The translations under genes were made by a program, and so were the position numbers. A stretch of 64,000 bases of DNA. It comes from Nannocystales bacterium. GTDB lineage: Bacteria; Myxococcota_A; Polyangia; Nannocystales; Nannocystaceae. The stretch is taken from the NCBI GenBank assembly GCA_050633305.1, contig JBOEGF010000063.1, forward strand, positions 19,409 through 83,408, in the 5' to 3' direction. Below the pieces are notes generated by a model that saw nothing but the letters and a program-made list of their open reading frames with translations, was not told the origin of the DNA and did no database searches. Positions 9,686 through 19,402 of this stretch are shown piece after piece; the first letter of the stretch is position 1, and the number at the start of each line of letters is the position of its first letter.

Positions 9686-12600
9686 TCTGTACTCTCCTTG
9701 GTCGCGACCGCGCCACGGGCGTAAATGGCCGGAAGCACAAACATGGTCAGAAATGTTGCCGTGATGAGGCCGCCGATGACGACCGTGGCAAGCGGTCTCT
9801 GGACCTCTGCCCCGGCTCCGGTTGCGACCGCCATCGGCAGAAAGCCGATGAGGTCGGTGAGTGCAGTCATCAGCACCGGTCGCAGCCGAGCGCCGGCGCC
9901 CTCCAGCGCCGCGTCGCGTGGCGCTACGCCTTCTTGCTCAAGGTCTCGGATGTACGACACCAGAACGACACCGTTCATCACGGCGATGCCAAAGAGCGCG
10001 ATGAACCCCACACCTGCCGAGATGCTGAAGGGCATGCCTCTCACAGCCAGCGCCAGGACCCCTCCCGAAGCGGCTAGGGGCACGTTCAGGAAGATCAGGA
10101 CGGCTGGCCGCGCGGCGTTGAACGCCGCATAGAGCAGCGCGAAGATGAGTAGGAGCGCGATCGGGACGAGGATGGCGAGGCGCTCCGAGGCGCGCGTCAG
10201 GTTCTCGAACTGGCCACCCCACTCGAGCACGAACCCAGGCGGCATCTCCACGTCGTCCTTAATCGCCTGCTTCGCCGCACTCACGACCGATGAAATGTCC
10301 GCGCCCCGAACATTCAGCTCCACCGTGATCCGCCGCTGGATGCGCTCACGACTGATCTGGGCCGCACCTTGCTCGACGTCAATGGTTGCGAGTTCTCCCA
10401 GTGGGACCAGGCGTCCACCGACGCCCGCGATAGGGAACTGCCGGATCTTCTCGAGATCGTTGCGAACGGTGGCCGGAATCCGGACCTGGAGCGCGAACCG
10501 CTTCTGGCCCTCGAGGATCACGCCGACCTTCCTTCCGCCCAGCGCATCGACAGCATCGAGCACGTCGTCAGCGTCAACGCCGTGCCGCGCGATGGATTCC
10601 TGGTCGACCTCGATTGTCAAAATCGGGAGACCCGAGACCTGTTCCACCTTCACGTCGCTGGCACCGTCGATCTGGCTGACCGACCGTGCGATGTCCTCGG
10701 CAACCCGACGAAGGTCGTCGAGATCATCGCCGAAGACCTTGATCGCGATGTCGGAACGTACGCCGCTGATCAACTCGCTGACCCGCAGCTCGATCGGCTG
10801 TGAGAAGCCGAATGCGGCCCCGATGACCCGCTCGTTGAGGTGCTCCTCCATTGCCTCAATCAGCTCCCCCTTCGAGTCGTACCGCCATTGCTCACGCGGG
10901 TGCAGGATCACGAACACGTCGCTCATCTCCACACCCATTGGATCAGTTGCGATCTCGGGCCTCCCTGTCTTGGAGATGACGGTCGCGACCTCCTCCTCGA
11001 ACTCTTCGAGAAGCACCGCCTCCAGCGCGGTGGACTGCTTCGCCGCCTCGTCGATCGAGACAGAGGGTAGTCGCCAGACCTGCAGGGCTATGGAGCCCTC
11101 ATCAAGTTTGGGGATGAATTCCGCACCCATGCGTGTCCCGACCCCGATGCTGAGCACGAACAGCCCCGCCGCGATTCCAACAACAACCAGTGGATGCCGA
11201 ATCGCTCGCCGAAGCAGTGGATTGTAGCCACGTCTGGCGAGTCGGACCGCCACTGTGTCCTTGTGGACCACCTTCTTTCGCAAGAAGAACGAGCACAGGA
11301 CCGGGATCACGGTCAACGCAAGCACCATCGAGGCGATCAGCGCGAACATGACCGTCCACGCCATCGGCCGGAACATCTTCCCCTCGATCCCAGTCAGCGT
11401 GAGGATCGGAATATAGACGAGCACAATGATCGCCACGGAGAAGGCGACAGGCCGCGCGACCTGCCTCGTCGCTCGGCGAATATCCCCCTGGGGGTCGTCA
11501 TCCTCGCCGCTACGTTGCGCGCGAACCCGCACGACGTTCTCGACCATGACGACCGCACCATCGACGATGATTCCGAAGTCTATTGCGCCCAGACTCATCA
11601 GGTTGCCCGACACATCGGCCTGCACCATCCCGATGAAGGCGATGATCATCGACAGTGGGATCGCCGCTGCGACAATAATGCCGCCACGCAGGTTGCCCAG
11701 CAGCAGGAGCAGCACGGCGATGACAAGGAGTCCTCCCTCCAGAAGGTTGGACGAGACGGTCTCGATGGTCCGGTCGACGAGATCCGTTCGGTCGTAGAAG
11801 GGCTCGATCGTGACACCAGCGGGCAGGCCCGCCTGGATGCTCTCGAGCTTCTCCTTGATACGCTCGACGACCTCACCGGAGTTCTCGCCCATCAGCATCA
11901 TGACCACACCGACGACCGCCTCCCCCTGCCCGTCCCGCGTCACAACCCCTTGCCGAACCATGGGGGAGAGACGCACCTGTGCGATGTCTCGTACGTAGAT
12001 GGGAGTCCCCTCGCCGGTTGTTCGGACGACAACGTTCTCCACATCGGTCAGCGATTCGAGTAACGCCTCCCCGCGAATGACGACTTGCTCACGGTTTCGC
12101 TCGAGATACGCGCCACCGGCGTTCCGGTTGTTTCGCTCCAGCGCCTCGAACAGCTCCGACAACGGAAGCCGGTGCGCGCGCAAGGCAACCGGGTCGGGTT
12201 GTACCTCGTACGTCTTGAGCTCGCCGCCGAACGTGTTGACCTCCACGATCCCTGGAACGCTCTTGAGCTGGTACGCGACGAACCAGTCGAGGATCGTGCG
12301 CAGTTCCATGGGCGTGTAGCAGTCGGGTGTATCCTCGGTGGTCGGGCACGCCGGGTCCCCACGGACCTCGAACTGGTAGATCTCGCCCAACCCCGTGGCG
12401 ATGGGTCCCATCTCCGGGTCGCCATAGCCCTCGGGTATGGCTTCCCGAGCCTCCGCCAGGCGCTCCTGCACGAGTTGCCGCGCACGGTAGATGTCGGTCC
12501 CCTCCAAGAAGACGACGGTCACGACCGACAGCCCGAACTTGGAGACGGAGCGAATCTCCTCAAGGTCAGGAATGCCCGCCATCGCGGACTCGACCGGAAA

Positions 12601-12798
12601 CGTCACGAGGCTCTCGACCTCGACCGGGGCCAACGCCGACGCCTTCGTCAAGATCTGCACCTGAACGTTGGTCACATCGGGGACGGCGTCGATGCGTAGC
12701 CGCTGGGCCTGTTGCACTCCCACCGCGGTGAGAACGACGCCGAGGATGAGGACGAGCACACGATTGTCGAGCGCCCACTTGACGAGCTTCTCCGCCAT
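9682..12798 (-). CDS. czcA: CzcA/CusA family heavy-metal RND permease
   Basis: IDAVPDVTNVQVQ, MSLGAIDFGIIVDGAVVMVEN, RLRPVLMT, GAEVQRPLATVVIGG. Confidence 0.95.
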   Translation of the reverse strand: MAEKLVKWALDNRVLVLILGVVLTAVGVQQAQRLRIDAVPDVTNVQVQILTKASALAPVEVESLVTFPVESAMAGIPDLEEIRSVSKFGLSVVTVVFLEGTDIYRARQLVQERLAEAREAIPEGYGDPEMGPIATGLGEIYQFEVRGDPACPTTEDTPDCYTPMELRTILDWFVAYQLKSVPGIVEVNTFGGELKTYEVQPDPVALRAHRLPLSELFEALERNNRNAGGAYLERNREQVVIRGEALLESLTDVENVVVRTTGEGTPIYVRDIAQVRLSPMVRQGVVTRDGQGEAVVGVVMMLMGENSGEVVERIKEKLESIQAGLPAGVTIEPFYDRTDLVDRTIETVSSNLLEGGLLVIAVLLLLLGNLRGGIIVAAAIPLSMIIAFIGMVQADVSGNLMSLGAIDFGIIVDGAVVMVENVVRVRAQRSGEDDDPQGDIRRATRQVARPVAFSVAIIVLVYIPILTLTGIEGKMFRPMAWTVMFALIASMVLALTVIPVLCSFFLRKKVVHKDTVAVRLARRGYNPLLRRAIRHPLVVVGIAAGLFVLSIGVGTRMGAEFIPKLDEGSIALQVWRLPSVSIDEAAKQSTALEAVLLEEFEEEVATVISKTGRPEIATDPMGVEMSDVFVILHPREQWRYDSKGELIEAMEEHLNERVIGAAFGFSQPIELRVSELISGVRSDIAIKVFGDDLDDLRRVAEDIARSVSQIDGASDVKVEQVSGLPILTIEVDQESIARHGVDADDVLDAVDALGGRKVGVILEGQKRFALQVRIPATVRNDLEKIRQFPIAGVGGRLVPLGELATIDVEQGAAQISRERIQRRITVELNVRGADISSVVSAAKQAIKDDVEMPPGFVLEWGGQFENLTRASERLAILVPIALLLIFALLYAAFNAARPAVLIFLNVPLAASGGVLALAVRGMPFSISAGVGFIALFGIAVMNGVVLVSYIRDLEQEGVAPRDAALEGAGARLRPVLMTALTDLIGFLPMAVATGAGAEVQRPLATVVIGGLITATFLTMFVLPAIYARGAVATKESTE

Positions 12799-13977
12799 CT
12801 ATTCCTCCTCCCCGAGCTCGGACTTGAGAAGTTGGCCCTTCAGCAGGAAGCTCCCGCTCGTGACGACCGTTTCGCCCGGGCTCAGGCCATTGAGGACCTC
12901 GACGCGATCGACGGCGCGGTCGCCCGTGTGAATACGTCGTAGCTCGAACTCACCCTCGGCCAGGCGAACGAACACCGCCGGATGGTCGTCAACGATCTGA
13001 ACCGCGGCAGAGGGGATCGCCAGGAGCTCTCGTGGCGCGTGACGATGCGCTCCCTGAAGCCGCGCTTCGGCGAACATCCCGGGCCGAAGCCTGCCGTCCT
13101 CGTTGTCGAGTACGACGCGAGCCCGAACAGTCCGAGTCTGTTCATCCAGCGTGCCGCCGATCTGGCTGACCTGCCCAAGGAAGGGCTCGCTGGGGTATGC
13201 GCGAACTCGGATCTCGACCTGCTGCCCCACCGAAACGAGGTGCATGTCGCGCTCATAGACATCTGCCTCGAGCCAAAGCTCGCGGAGGTCGATGATCTTG
13301 AGCAGAGTATCCGTCGGCGAGACGCTTTGGCCGGCCACCGCCGCGCGTGCGACGACCGTGCCTTCGGTGGGGCTGCGAAGGACGATTCGCCCGCCGGTAC
13401 CCGCGGGTTCCGCCCCAAGGGCCTGCAGCAGGCCCCGGAGCGACTGCTCCCTCGCCTTCTCCACGCGGAAGAGTCCTTCGGCTTCCACGACCTCTCTTTT
13501 TGAGGTGGCTTTGCCCTTCAGCAGGCGGCGTTCGCGGTCGCGGTTCTTCTGTGCGACGTCGAGTCGCGCCCCCGCAGCCGTCAGTTCCGCGCGCGTCTGG
13601 CCGACATCGGGGCTGTCGAGGGTCACGAGCTCGACCCCTTTGGAAACTCGATCTCCAACGTTCACGGTCACCCCCCGTACCCGACCCGCCACGAGCGGCC
13701 CTACGACACCAGTCCGATCTGGGGGGGCTCGTAGTTCGGCGGTGACCGACAGCGCCGGAGACAACTCCGTGAGCTCCGCCTTCGCATACTCGAGGCGAAG
13801 CCCTGCGACAGCCTCGGGATGCAGCTTGAGGCGGTCGCGAGGCTCCCTCTCCTCTCCGGCTTCCTCGCCCTCACCGCCCTCCCCTCCCCCGCCCTCGCCG
13901 CTCTCGGGCGTGCACCCGACGAACAGCGTGGCGAGAACAACCGGGAGTAAACGCCTGATCGTCCTGCGTAGCATCAT
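12799..13977 (-). CDS. czcB: CzcB-type RND periplasmic adaptor
   Basis: Lipoprotein signal, VGDRVSKG lipoyl half, LDEQTRT, LRPGMFA. Adjacent to czcA. Confidence 0.9.
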   Translation of the reverse strand: MMLRRTIRRLLPVVLATLFVGCTPESGEGGGGEGGEGEEAGEEREPRDRLKLHPEAVAGLRLEYAKAELTELSPALSVTAELRAPPDRTGVVGPLVAGRVRGVTVNVGDRVSKGVELVTLDSPDVGQTRAELTAAGARLDVAQKNRDRERRLLKGKATSKREVVEAEGLFRVEKAREQSLRGLLQALGAEPAGTGGRIVLRSPTEGTVVARAAVAGQSVSPTDTLLKIIDLRELWLEADVYERDMHLVSVGQQVEIRVRAYPSEPFLGQVSQIGGTLDEQTRTVRARVVLDNEDGRLRPGMFAEARLQGAHRHAPRELLAIPSAAVQIVDDHPAVFVRLAEGEFELRRIHTGDRAVDRVEVLNGLSPGETVVTSGSFLLKGQLLKSELGEEE

Positions 13978-15257
13978 TTTTCCCCCCTCGGGCTCGCAGA
14001 CGCGAGCGGTCGACCGGCGGCACTGAGAACCGCGGCGTGTGCCTTGGCGACATCAAGGCGAGCCTGGACGTAGCCGAGCTGTGCTTCGAGCAGTTCTCGT
14101 TGGAGCAGAACCACCTCGACGTAGGTCACCTTGCCCTCCCCGTACTGCTCCCTGAGCAGTCGAAGGTTCTCGTTCTGGGCGGTCAGCACGCTCGCGTCGT
14201 ACACGGCCACCGCCTTGGTCGCGGCCCGGAGGCGAGCAGCGTTGGTCCGGATCTCGGCTTCCGCACGAAGCCCCGCGGCCACACGATCCGCCTGACGGCG
14301 CCGCGTCGTAGCACGAGCCTTTTGACGAGCGCCGCGGCTTCGGTTGAGGCTTGGCAGCCAGAAACCGACGACTCCGAGAATCACGCTGTCCTGTTCTTCG
14401 AAGCTGTACTGCGCTCCCAGACTCATGTCGGGCCACCTCTGTGCACGGGCAACGGTCTCGCCGTGCGCCGCGGCCCTCGTGCGTCGGGACGCTGCAACGA
14501 GATCGGGGCGTTGCGTAGACGCTGCTCCCACAAGATCCTCGATACTCGGCAAGACGACGGGGGTCGGTAACGATCCGTTCGGCGTCAGAGGTCGCCCCGG
14601 GGGCAACCCGACGACGGACGTCAGGATGACCCTCGCGGAAGTGACGTCCATCTCCGCGGCAAGCGTTCGGCGCCTTGCCTCCGCTGTGCGAATCTTCGCG
14701 GCGTACAGCGCCGTGGGTGAGTCCGCTCCACTCTCGACCCGACGCTGTGCGAGCGCCTCGATCTGGGAGACGAGCCGCTCATTGTCCGTCGCGTACTGAA
14801 GTCTTTCCTCCGCCGCAACCGCATCGAAGAACGCCATGGCGACGCTGAGCGCGAGGCGCCTCGCTTCGTCCACGTTGTCGGAGCGCGCTGCCTCGAGGCT
14901 GTCCTTTGCGGCGCGCGTTCGCTTTCCCCGTTGTCCGGCGACCTCCAGTCTTTGCCGGGCCATGGCTTGGAACTGCGGCTGCAAGGGACGCCCGCGTGGG
15001 CCCCCGAACCGGGGGCCCACGCCAACCTGCAAATAGGCATCGTCGACGAGAAAGACCTCAGCTGTGGTGAGGTCGCCGCGGGCCTCCTCAATCCCCGCGC
15101 GCGTAGAGTCCAACAACGGACTGTTGTCGCGCGCCAGTTGCAGGGCGGTTTCGAGGTCCACCGCCGGTGGGGGTGGTCCCGCCCAGGCCGCGGAGCTACG
15201 AGCAAGTAGTCCAGCCAGCACGAGGCTCAAGAGTTGTAAGAATCGGTTTCGGTTCAC
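13974..15257 (-). CDS. czcC: CzcC/TolC outer membrane efflux protein
   Basis: Signal peptide, helical OEP repeats (RPDL, YGEGKVTYVEVV). Overlaps czcB start. Confidence 0.88.
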   Translation of the reverse strand: MNRNRFLQLLSLVLAGLLARSSAAWAGPPPPAVDLETALQLARDNSPLLDSTRAGIEEARGDLTTAEVFLVDDAYLQVGVGPRFGGPRGRPLQPQFQAMARQRLEVAGQRGKRTRAAKDSLEAARSDNVDEARRLALSVAMAFFDAVAAEERLQYATDNERLVSQIEALAQRRVESGADSPTALYAAKIRTAEARRRTLAAEMDVTSARVILTSVVGLPPGRPLTPNGSLPTPVVLPSIEDLVGAASTQRPDLVAASRRTRAAAHGETVARAQRWPDMSLGAQYSFEEQDSVILGVVGFWLPSLNRSRGARQKARATTRRRQADRVAAGLRAEAEIRTNAARLRAATKAVAVYDASVLTAQNENLRLLREQYGEGKVTYVEVVLLQRELLEAQLGYVQARLDVAKAHAAVLSAAGRPLASASPRGEK

Positions 15258-15343
15258 AGTTCCATCCGTCGCTGATCGTCGCGTTTCCCAGGTGAGCGAG
15301 ACCTCCTACAAAGGAGCCCCTCGCGCCGATGGTGATCGCGAGA

Positions 15344-15694
15344 TCAGCGGGGCGGATGGAAGATCTGAAAGTAGAAATCTGATGGCAGACGCCGTTCGGA
15401 CGTCCAGCTACGGCCGCGGGGCACGCTCATGCGCGGCGGCTCCACATCTGCGAAGCACGCGGGCACGGGGAACCCGCTGAACGGACAGCAAAGGCACTGG
15501 CATTGATCCGTCCCCTCCTCCGCGGGGCCCGGGTCGTTTTGGGGCTCGGGCAGGACCGTCGGCGCCACCGGGGCAGTTTCGACTGCGCAGCCTGCGTGCG
15601 TGACCCGTGGTGGCGTGTCGCAAGCGCACGCCTCTCTCATGCTCACGCAGACCAGAACCAGCGCGATGAGGAGCGCCGCGATTCGACCGATCAT
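15344..15694 (-). CDS. Small Cys-rich CzcI/DUF2946-like leader protein
   Basis: N-terminal TM, CAC and CQCLCC, C-terminal FHPPR. ATGA-coupled to arsR, upstream of czcC. Confidence 0.65.
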   Translation of the reverse strand: MIGRIAALLIALVLVCVSMREACACDTPPRVTHAGCAVETAPVAPTVLPEPQNDPGPAEEGTDQCQCLCCPFSGFPVPACFADVEPPRMSVPRGRSWTSERRLPSDFYFQIFHPPR

Positions 15695-16062
15695 CGCCGC
15701 CCCCGTCGGTGCCCAAGATGCTGGAGCGCGCCGCTTAGCATCTCGAGAACGCAGCCGTCGACCGCCGAGTAGTAGACAAGCTTGCCCTCGGTCCGGAACC
15801 GTAGGACGCCGGCGCGGCGCATGTACTGCAGGTGATGAGACACGGCGGAGACGGACATCTCCAAGACCTGCGCGAGATCGCAAACACACAACTCCTCGGC
15901 CGACAGCGCCTGCAGGATCTTGGCTCGAACCGGACTCGCAACCGCCTTGAACAGATCTGCAACCGCGACCGCCGCATCGTCGCTCAGCATCGACCGTCGC
16001 ACCCGACGAACCCGATCCGCGTCGAACGAGAACACCCCGCACTCGCCGGACGGCGCATTCAC
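15691..16062 (-). CDS. ArsR/SmtB (CadC-like) metalloregulatory repressor
   Basis: FKAVASPVRAKIL, ELCVCDLA box, SAVSHHL, EGKLVYY. Start uncertain (GTG 16062 or 16113). Confidence 0.9.
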   Translation of the reverse strand: MNAPSGECGVFSFDADRVRRVRRSMLSDDAAVAVADLFKAVASPVRAKILQALSAEELCVCDLAQVLEMSVSAVSHHLQYMRRAGVLRFRTEGKLVYYSAVDGCVLEMLSGALQHLGHRRGRR

Positions 16063-16122
16063 CTCGGCTCGGCCCGGACTCTTCTTGTTGACGCGTGCGA
16101 CGGACTTGCCCACCGTGGAATC

Positions 16123-16154
16123 AACATTCTTGATAATGTTTGAACGTCTGTCAA
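16123..16154 (-). promoter_or_regulatory. Sigma70 promoter with ArsR/SmtB-type inverted repeat
   Basis: TTGACA-N17-AAGAAT on minus strand, overlapped by dyad AACATT-N6-AATGTT (16123-16140). Confidence 0.7.
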
Positions 16155-16271
16155 GCGGCTCGTCGTGCGTCCCGGCCAAAAGGGAAGGCGGAGGACTCCG
16201 TGTTCCTCTGGACTGTCAATCGTCAACCGGCCAAACCGCTTGCGTCTGCGAGCCACGACCCCTAGTCTCCG

Positions 16272-16613
16272 GTGCGCGCTGTGTCCAACCTGAGCAGACT
16301 CCTGGCCCTCTTGATTGTGTTCGTGCTGATGCCGGGCACAGCTGAGGTCGTGGAGAACGTTGCGCACTTGGCCTCGGACGGCCACACGGCACATGCGATC
16401 GACGACGCGGAACATGCGCCAAGCGGTGACGAACACGGCTGCACCGGCACCGTCCACGTCTGCCAGTGTCATGCGTCGGTCTCGTTTCTTGTGAGCCGGG
16501 CAGCGTTTGCCATACCCGGACCACAGACGTCGGATTCGCGTCTGGCAACGATGGTCACGGGCCACGCCGTTGCGGGACACAGCCTCGGCGTCTATCGCCC
16601 ACCCTCCGCGTAG
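16272..16613 (+). CDS. Small His/Cys-rich CzcI/DUF2946-like leader protein
   Basis: N-terminal TM, HTAH, EHGCTGTVHVCQCH, C-terminal YRPPSA. Upstream of second czcC. Confidence 0.7.
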   Translation: MRAVSNLSRLLALLIVFVLMPGTAEVVENVAHLASDGHTAHAIDDAEHAPSGDEHGCTGTVHVCQCHASVSFLVSRAAFAIPGPQTSDSRLATMVTGHAVAGHSLGVYRPPSA

Positions 16614-16631
16614 AGCCACGAACACAGGAGT

Positions 16632-16677
16632 GGTGCGTCCGCAGATCGAGCCCCGAGGGCTTGGTCGCGAGTGCACC
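16632..16677 (+). other. Intergenic stem-loop between leader ORF and czcC
   Basis: GGTGC..GATCGAGCCC-cga-GGGCTTGGTC..GCACC. No U-tract follows. Confidence 0.55.
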
Positions 16678-16716
16678 GCATGACCTTTGTCGGCTCGTTC
16701 GCGCGAGGAGCAGTCA

Positions 16717-18174
16717 GTGCATAAGAAGACTTTTGCGGGGGGCACACCACCCCGCCGTACGCCATCCATCAGAGTATTCACAGCCATCGTCGTCGCAGCC
16801 TCTGGACTCGTTTCGGCCGCCTGCGACTTGCCGTCTAGCGGGTCAAGCAGGACTCCCAGCGAAGCTCTCCAGCCGAGCCAGGTCGCGCCGACGCGAGAAC
16901 CCGAAACGCGGGCGTCTCTGCCTTCACACGGCAGGGTGACCCTACCCGAAGCTCTCGCGTTCGCGGCTCAACACGCCCCTCCCGTGCTCCTTGCCAAAGC
17001 GGAGACGCAGGTAGGAGAGGCCGAGGTTGTGGCCGCACGCCAAGCACAACCATTCAACCCCACGTTATCCGTGGGGCTCGGGCGAAGACAACAGGCCAAC
17101 GGGACGGGACTCGATGCTCAGATCGGATTGCAGCAGCAGCTCGAGGTCGGTGGGCAACGCAGAAAGCGCAAGGAGAGCGCCCGACGCTTCCGCGAGCTTA
17201 CGGCGCTGGGCCTCGACGCAGCGAGCTGGTCGGTTCATGCCGATGTTCACTGGGCATTCGAACGAGCCCTTCTCGCCGAACAGCGCTTGGCCCTCGCGAA
17301 GGAACGCGTAGCCGTCTCCCAGCAGCTCCTGGGGATGGCAAAACGCCGGGTCGCCGTCGGTGACGAGTCGAGTGTCGTTGTCGAGGTCGCCACGGCCGAG
17401 CTGGCCCTCGCACAGAACTCCGAGACGGCCGCCCAGGCGGACGTCGACACATCGCGCATGGCACTCGCACAGGCGACCGGGTCCCAAGAGCCAGCCGAGC
17501 TCCAGCCTATAGGGAAGCTTGAACCTCCGGCTCTGACAAAGGGGGGACCCCACCTCGCGGGGTCAGCGATCCAGACGAATCCAACGCTGAGGAAAGCCCA
17601 CGCGGCAACTCGCGTCGCTGAGGCCGATCTCGCGGTTGCCCGGCGGAACGCGTGGCCGTCCCCCACAGTTGGAGTGAGCTTTGCGCGGGAGGGCGCAACC
17701 TCGACCCCCGGCAACAACAACCCGGCATCGACCATCTGGATGGGCACGCTGCAGGTCCCCATCCCATCCTTCGCGCGAAACCAAGGGACAGTGGCCCGCA
17801 GCCGCGCCCAGGTCCGAGTTGCGGAGGCAAGGCACAAGACCACGCTCGTTCAGTTCAACTCGATGGTCGGAATCGCGGCGGCGCGAGTGGACGCCGCTGC
17901 GCACCGGAGTACTGCGCTGGAGACCGGTGTCGTCAGTGCGTTCGAACGTTCGCTTACCGCTTTGCGACGAGCCTACGAGGTGGGCGAGCTGAGCTTCCTG
18001 GAGGTCGCGCAGGCCCTGCAGCGGCTCTGGGCAGCGCGGGAGCAGGCCCTCGACGCCCGCGCCGACTACCACGAAGCATTCGCGGACCTCGAACGCCTCG
18101 TCGGACCGCTGGAGTCCGGAGAGTTCGGCGTCGTCGAGACGCCGACGAGCACCGATGAAGGAGAACTACGATGA
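16717..18174 (+). CDS. czcC: CzcC/TolC outer membrane efflux protein
   Basis: GAGGAG RBS then GTG, lipobox VSAAC, OEP repeats, AYEVGELSFLEV. Confidence 0.88.
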   Translation: MHKKTFAGGTPPRRTPSIRVFTAIVVAASGLVSAACDLPSSGSSRTPSEALQPSQVAPTREPETRASLPSHGRVTLPEALAFAAQHAPPVLLAKAETQVGEAEVVAARQAQPFNPTLSVGLGRRQQANGTGLDAQIGLQQQLEVGGQRRKRKESARRFRELTALGLDAASWSVHADVHWAFERALLAEQRLALAKERVAVSQQLLGMAKRRVAVGDESSVVVEVATAELALAQNSETAAQADVDTSRMALAQATGSQEPAELQPIGKLEPPALTKGGPHLAGSAIQTNPTLRKAHAATRVAEADLAVARRNAWPSPTVGVSFAREGATSTPGNNNPASTIWMGTLQVPIPSFARNQGTVARSRAQVRVAEARHKTTLVQFNSMVGIAAARVDAAAHRSTALETGVVSAFERSLTALRRAYEVGELSFLEVAQALQRLWAAREQALDARADYHEAFADLERLVGPLESGEFGVVETPTSTDEGELR

Positions 18175-19394
18175 GCATCACGCGCACACGACTCATGACA
18201 TCCGCTTTCGCGTTGCTGCTCGGCTGCCGAGGTGATGCTGGCCAGGGCGCCGACCACGAGGACGGTGACGAACACGGGGCAAAGGATGAGCACGGCGACG
18301 AGGGCGAGCATGGTGACGAGGGCGAACATGGTGACCACGAGGGCGAGGTCGTCCTCGATGAGCACGTCATCGAGCGCAACGGGATCTCGACCGAGCCGGC
18401 GAAACGGCGACTCCTGCTCGGTTCGCTGGAGGTCCCCGCCGAAGTACAGGTCAATCCCGACAGGACCGCGCATGTCTCGTCCCTAGTCCCGGGCCGGCTT
18501 GTCGAGATCCACGCTGCGCTTGGCGACCAGGTCGAGCGCGGCGACGTACTCGCGGTCGTCGAGAGTGTGGAACTCGGACGAGCGAGAGCTGACCTTCTCT
18601 CGGCCCGAGCTCGGAAGAAGGCAGCCGACGCCGAGGTCGCTCGAGTGAGCACACTCGTGGAGGAGGGAATCGCGGCGAAAAAGTCTCGTGTCGAGGCTCG
18701 CTCGCGTGCTGACCAGGCACGCGCCGATGTTGCCGCCGCGCGCGCGACAATGTCGGTCTACGCGCTCAAGGGCGGCAGTGGACCTGAGCTGGCCCTTCGT
18801 AGCCCCCTGTCGGGCACGCTCATCGAGCGCCACGCGAGCCCAGGTGAGATCGTCGACCGGGAAACACCAAACTTCGTGGTCGCCGACCTCACCCAGCTGT
18901 GGGTCATGGGCCGAGTGTACGAGCAAGAACTCGCGCGTGTTGGCGAGAGTGTAGCGGCGGAGGTGGCCTTGATCGCCTACCCCGGCCGCGTATGGCCAGG
19001 GGTGGTCGACTACGTTGCGCGCACGTTGGACGAGGACACTCGGAGCGTGGCGATTCGGGTGGTCCTGGACAACCCCGAAGGAGTCCTGCTCCCGGGGATG
19101 TTCGGGACCATCGCCCTCGCCGACAAAGAGGCCGATGCAGCGCGCGACGACGGCGAGGTCGTATCGGTCCCAGAGTCAGCGCTGTCGTCGGTCGGCGACC
19201 GTACCGTCGTCTTCGTGACCGGAGACGAACCCGGCGCGTTCGTGCCACGAGATGTCGTCCCGGGCTCGAGAGCACATGGTTTCGTCGAGATCCGCGAGGG
19301 TCTTGCGGAGGGTGAACAGACCGTGGTCCACGGCGTTTTCGTCCTCAAATCCGAGTTTCTCAAGGGATCGATTGGCGAAGGCCACGCCCACTAG
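18171..19394 (+). CDS. czcB: CzcB-type RND adaptor with His/acidic repeat
   Basis: Lipobox LLGC, (DEGEHG)n region, GDQVERGD, LDEDTRS, C-terminal GHAH. Confidence 0.9.
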   Translation: MSITRTRLMTSAFALLLGCRGDAGQGADHEDGDEHGAKDEHGDEGEHGDEGEHGDHEGEVVLDEHVIERNGISTEPAKRRLLLGSLEVPAEVQVNPDRTAHVSSLVPGRLVEIHAALGDQVERGDVLAVVESVELGRARADLLSARARKKAADAEVARVSTLVEEGIAAKKSRVEARSRADQARADVAAARATMSVYALKGGSGPELALRSPLSGTLIERHASPGEIVDRETPNFVVADLTQLWVMGRVYEQELARVGESVAAEVALIAYPGRVWPGVVDYVARTLDEDTRSVAIRVVLDNPEGVLLPGMFGTIALADKEADAARDDGEVVSVPESALSSVGDRTVVFVTGDEPGAFVPRDVVPGSRAHGFVEIREGLAEGEQTVVHGVFVLKSEFLKGSIGEGHAH

Positions 19395-19402
19395 GAGTCG
19401 AC

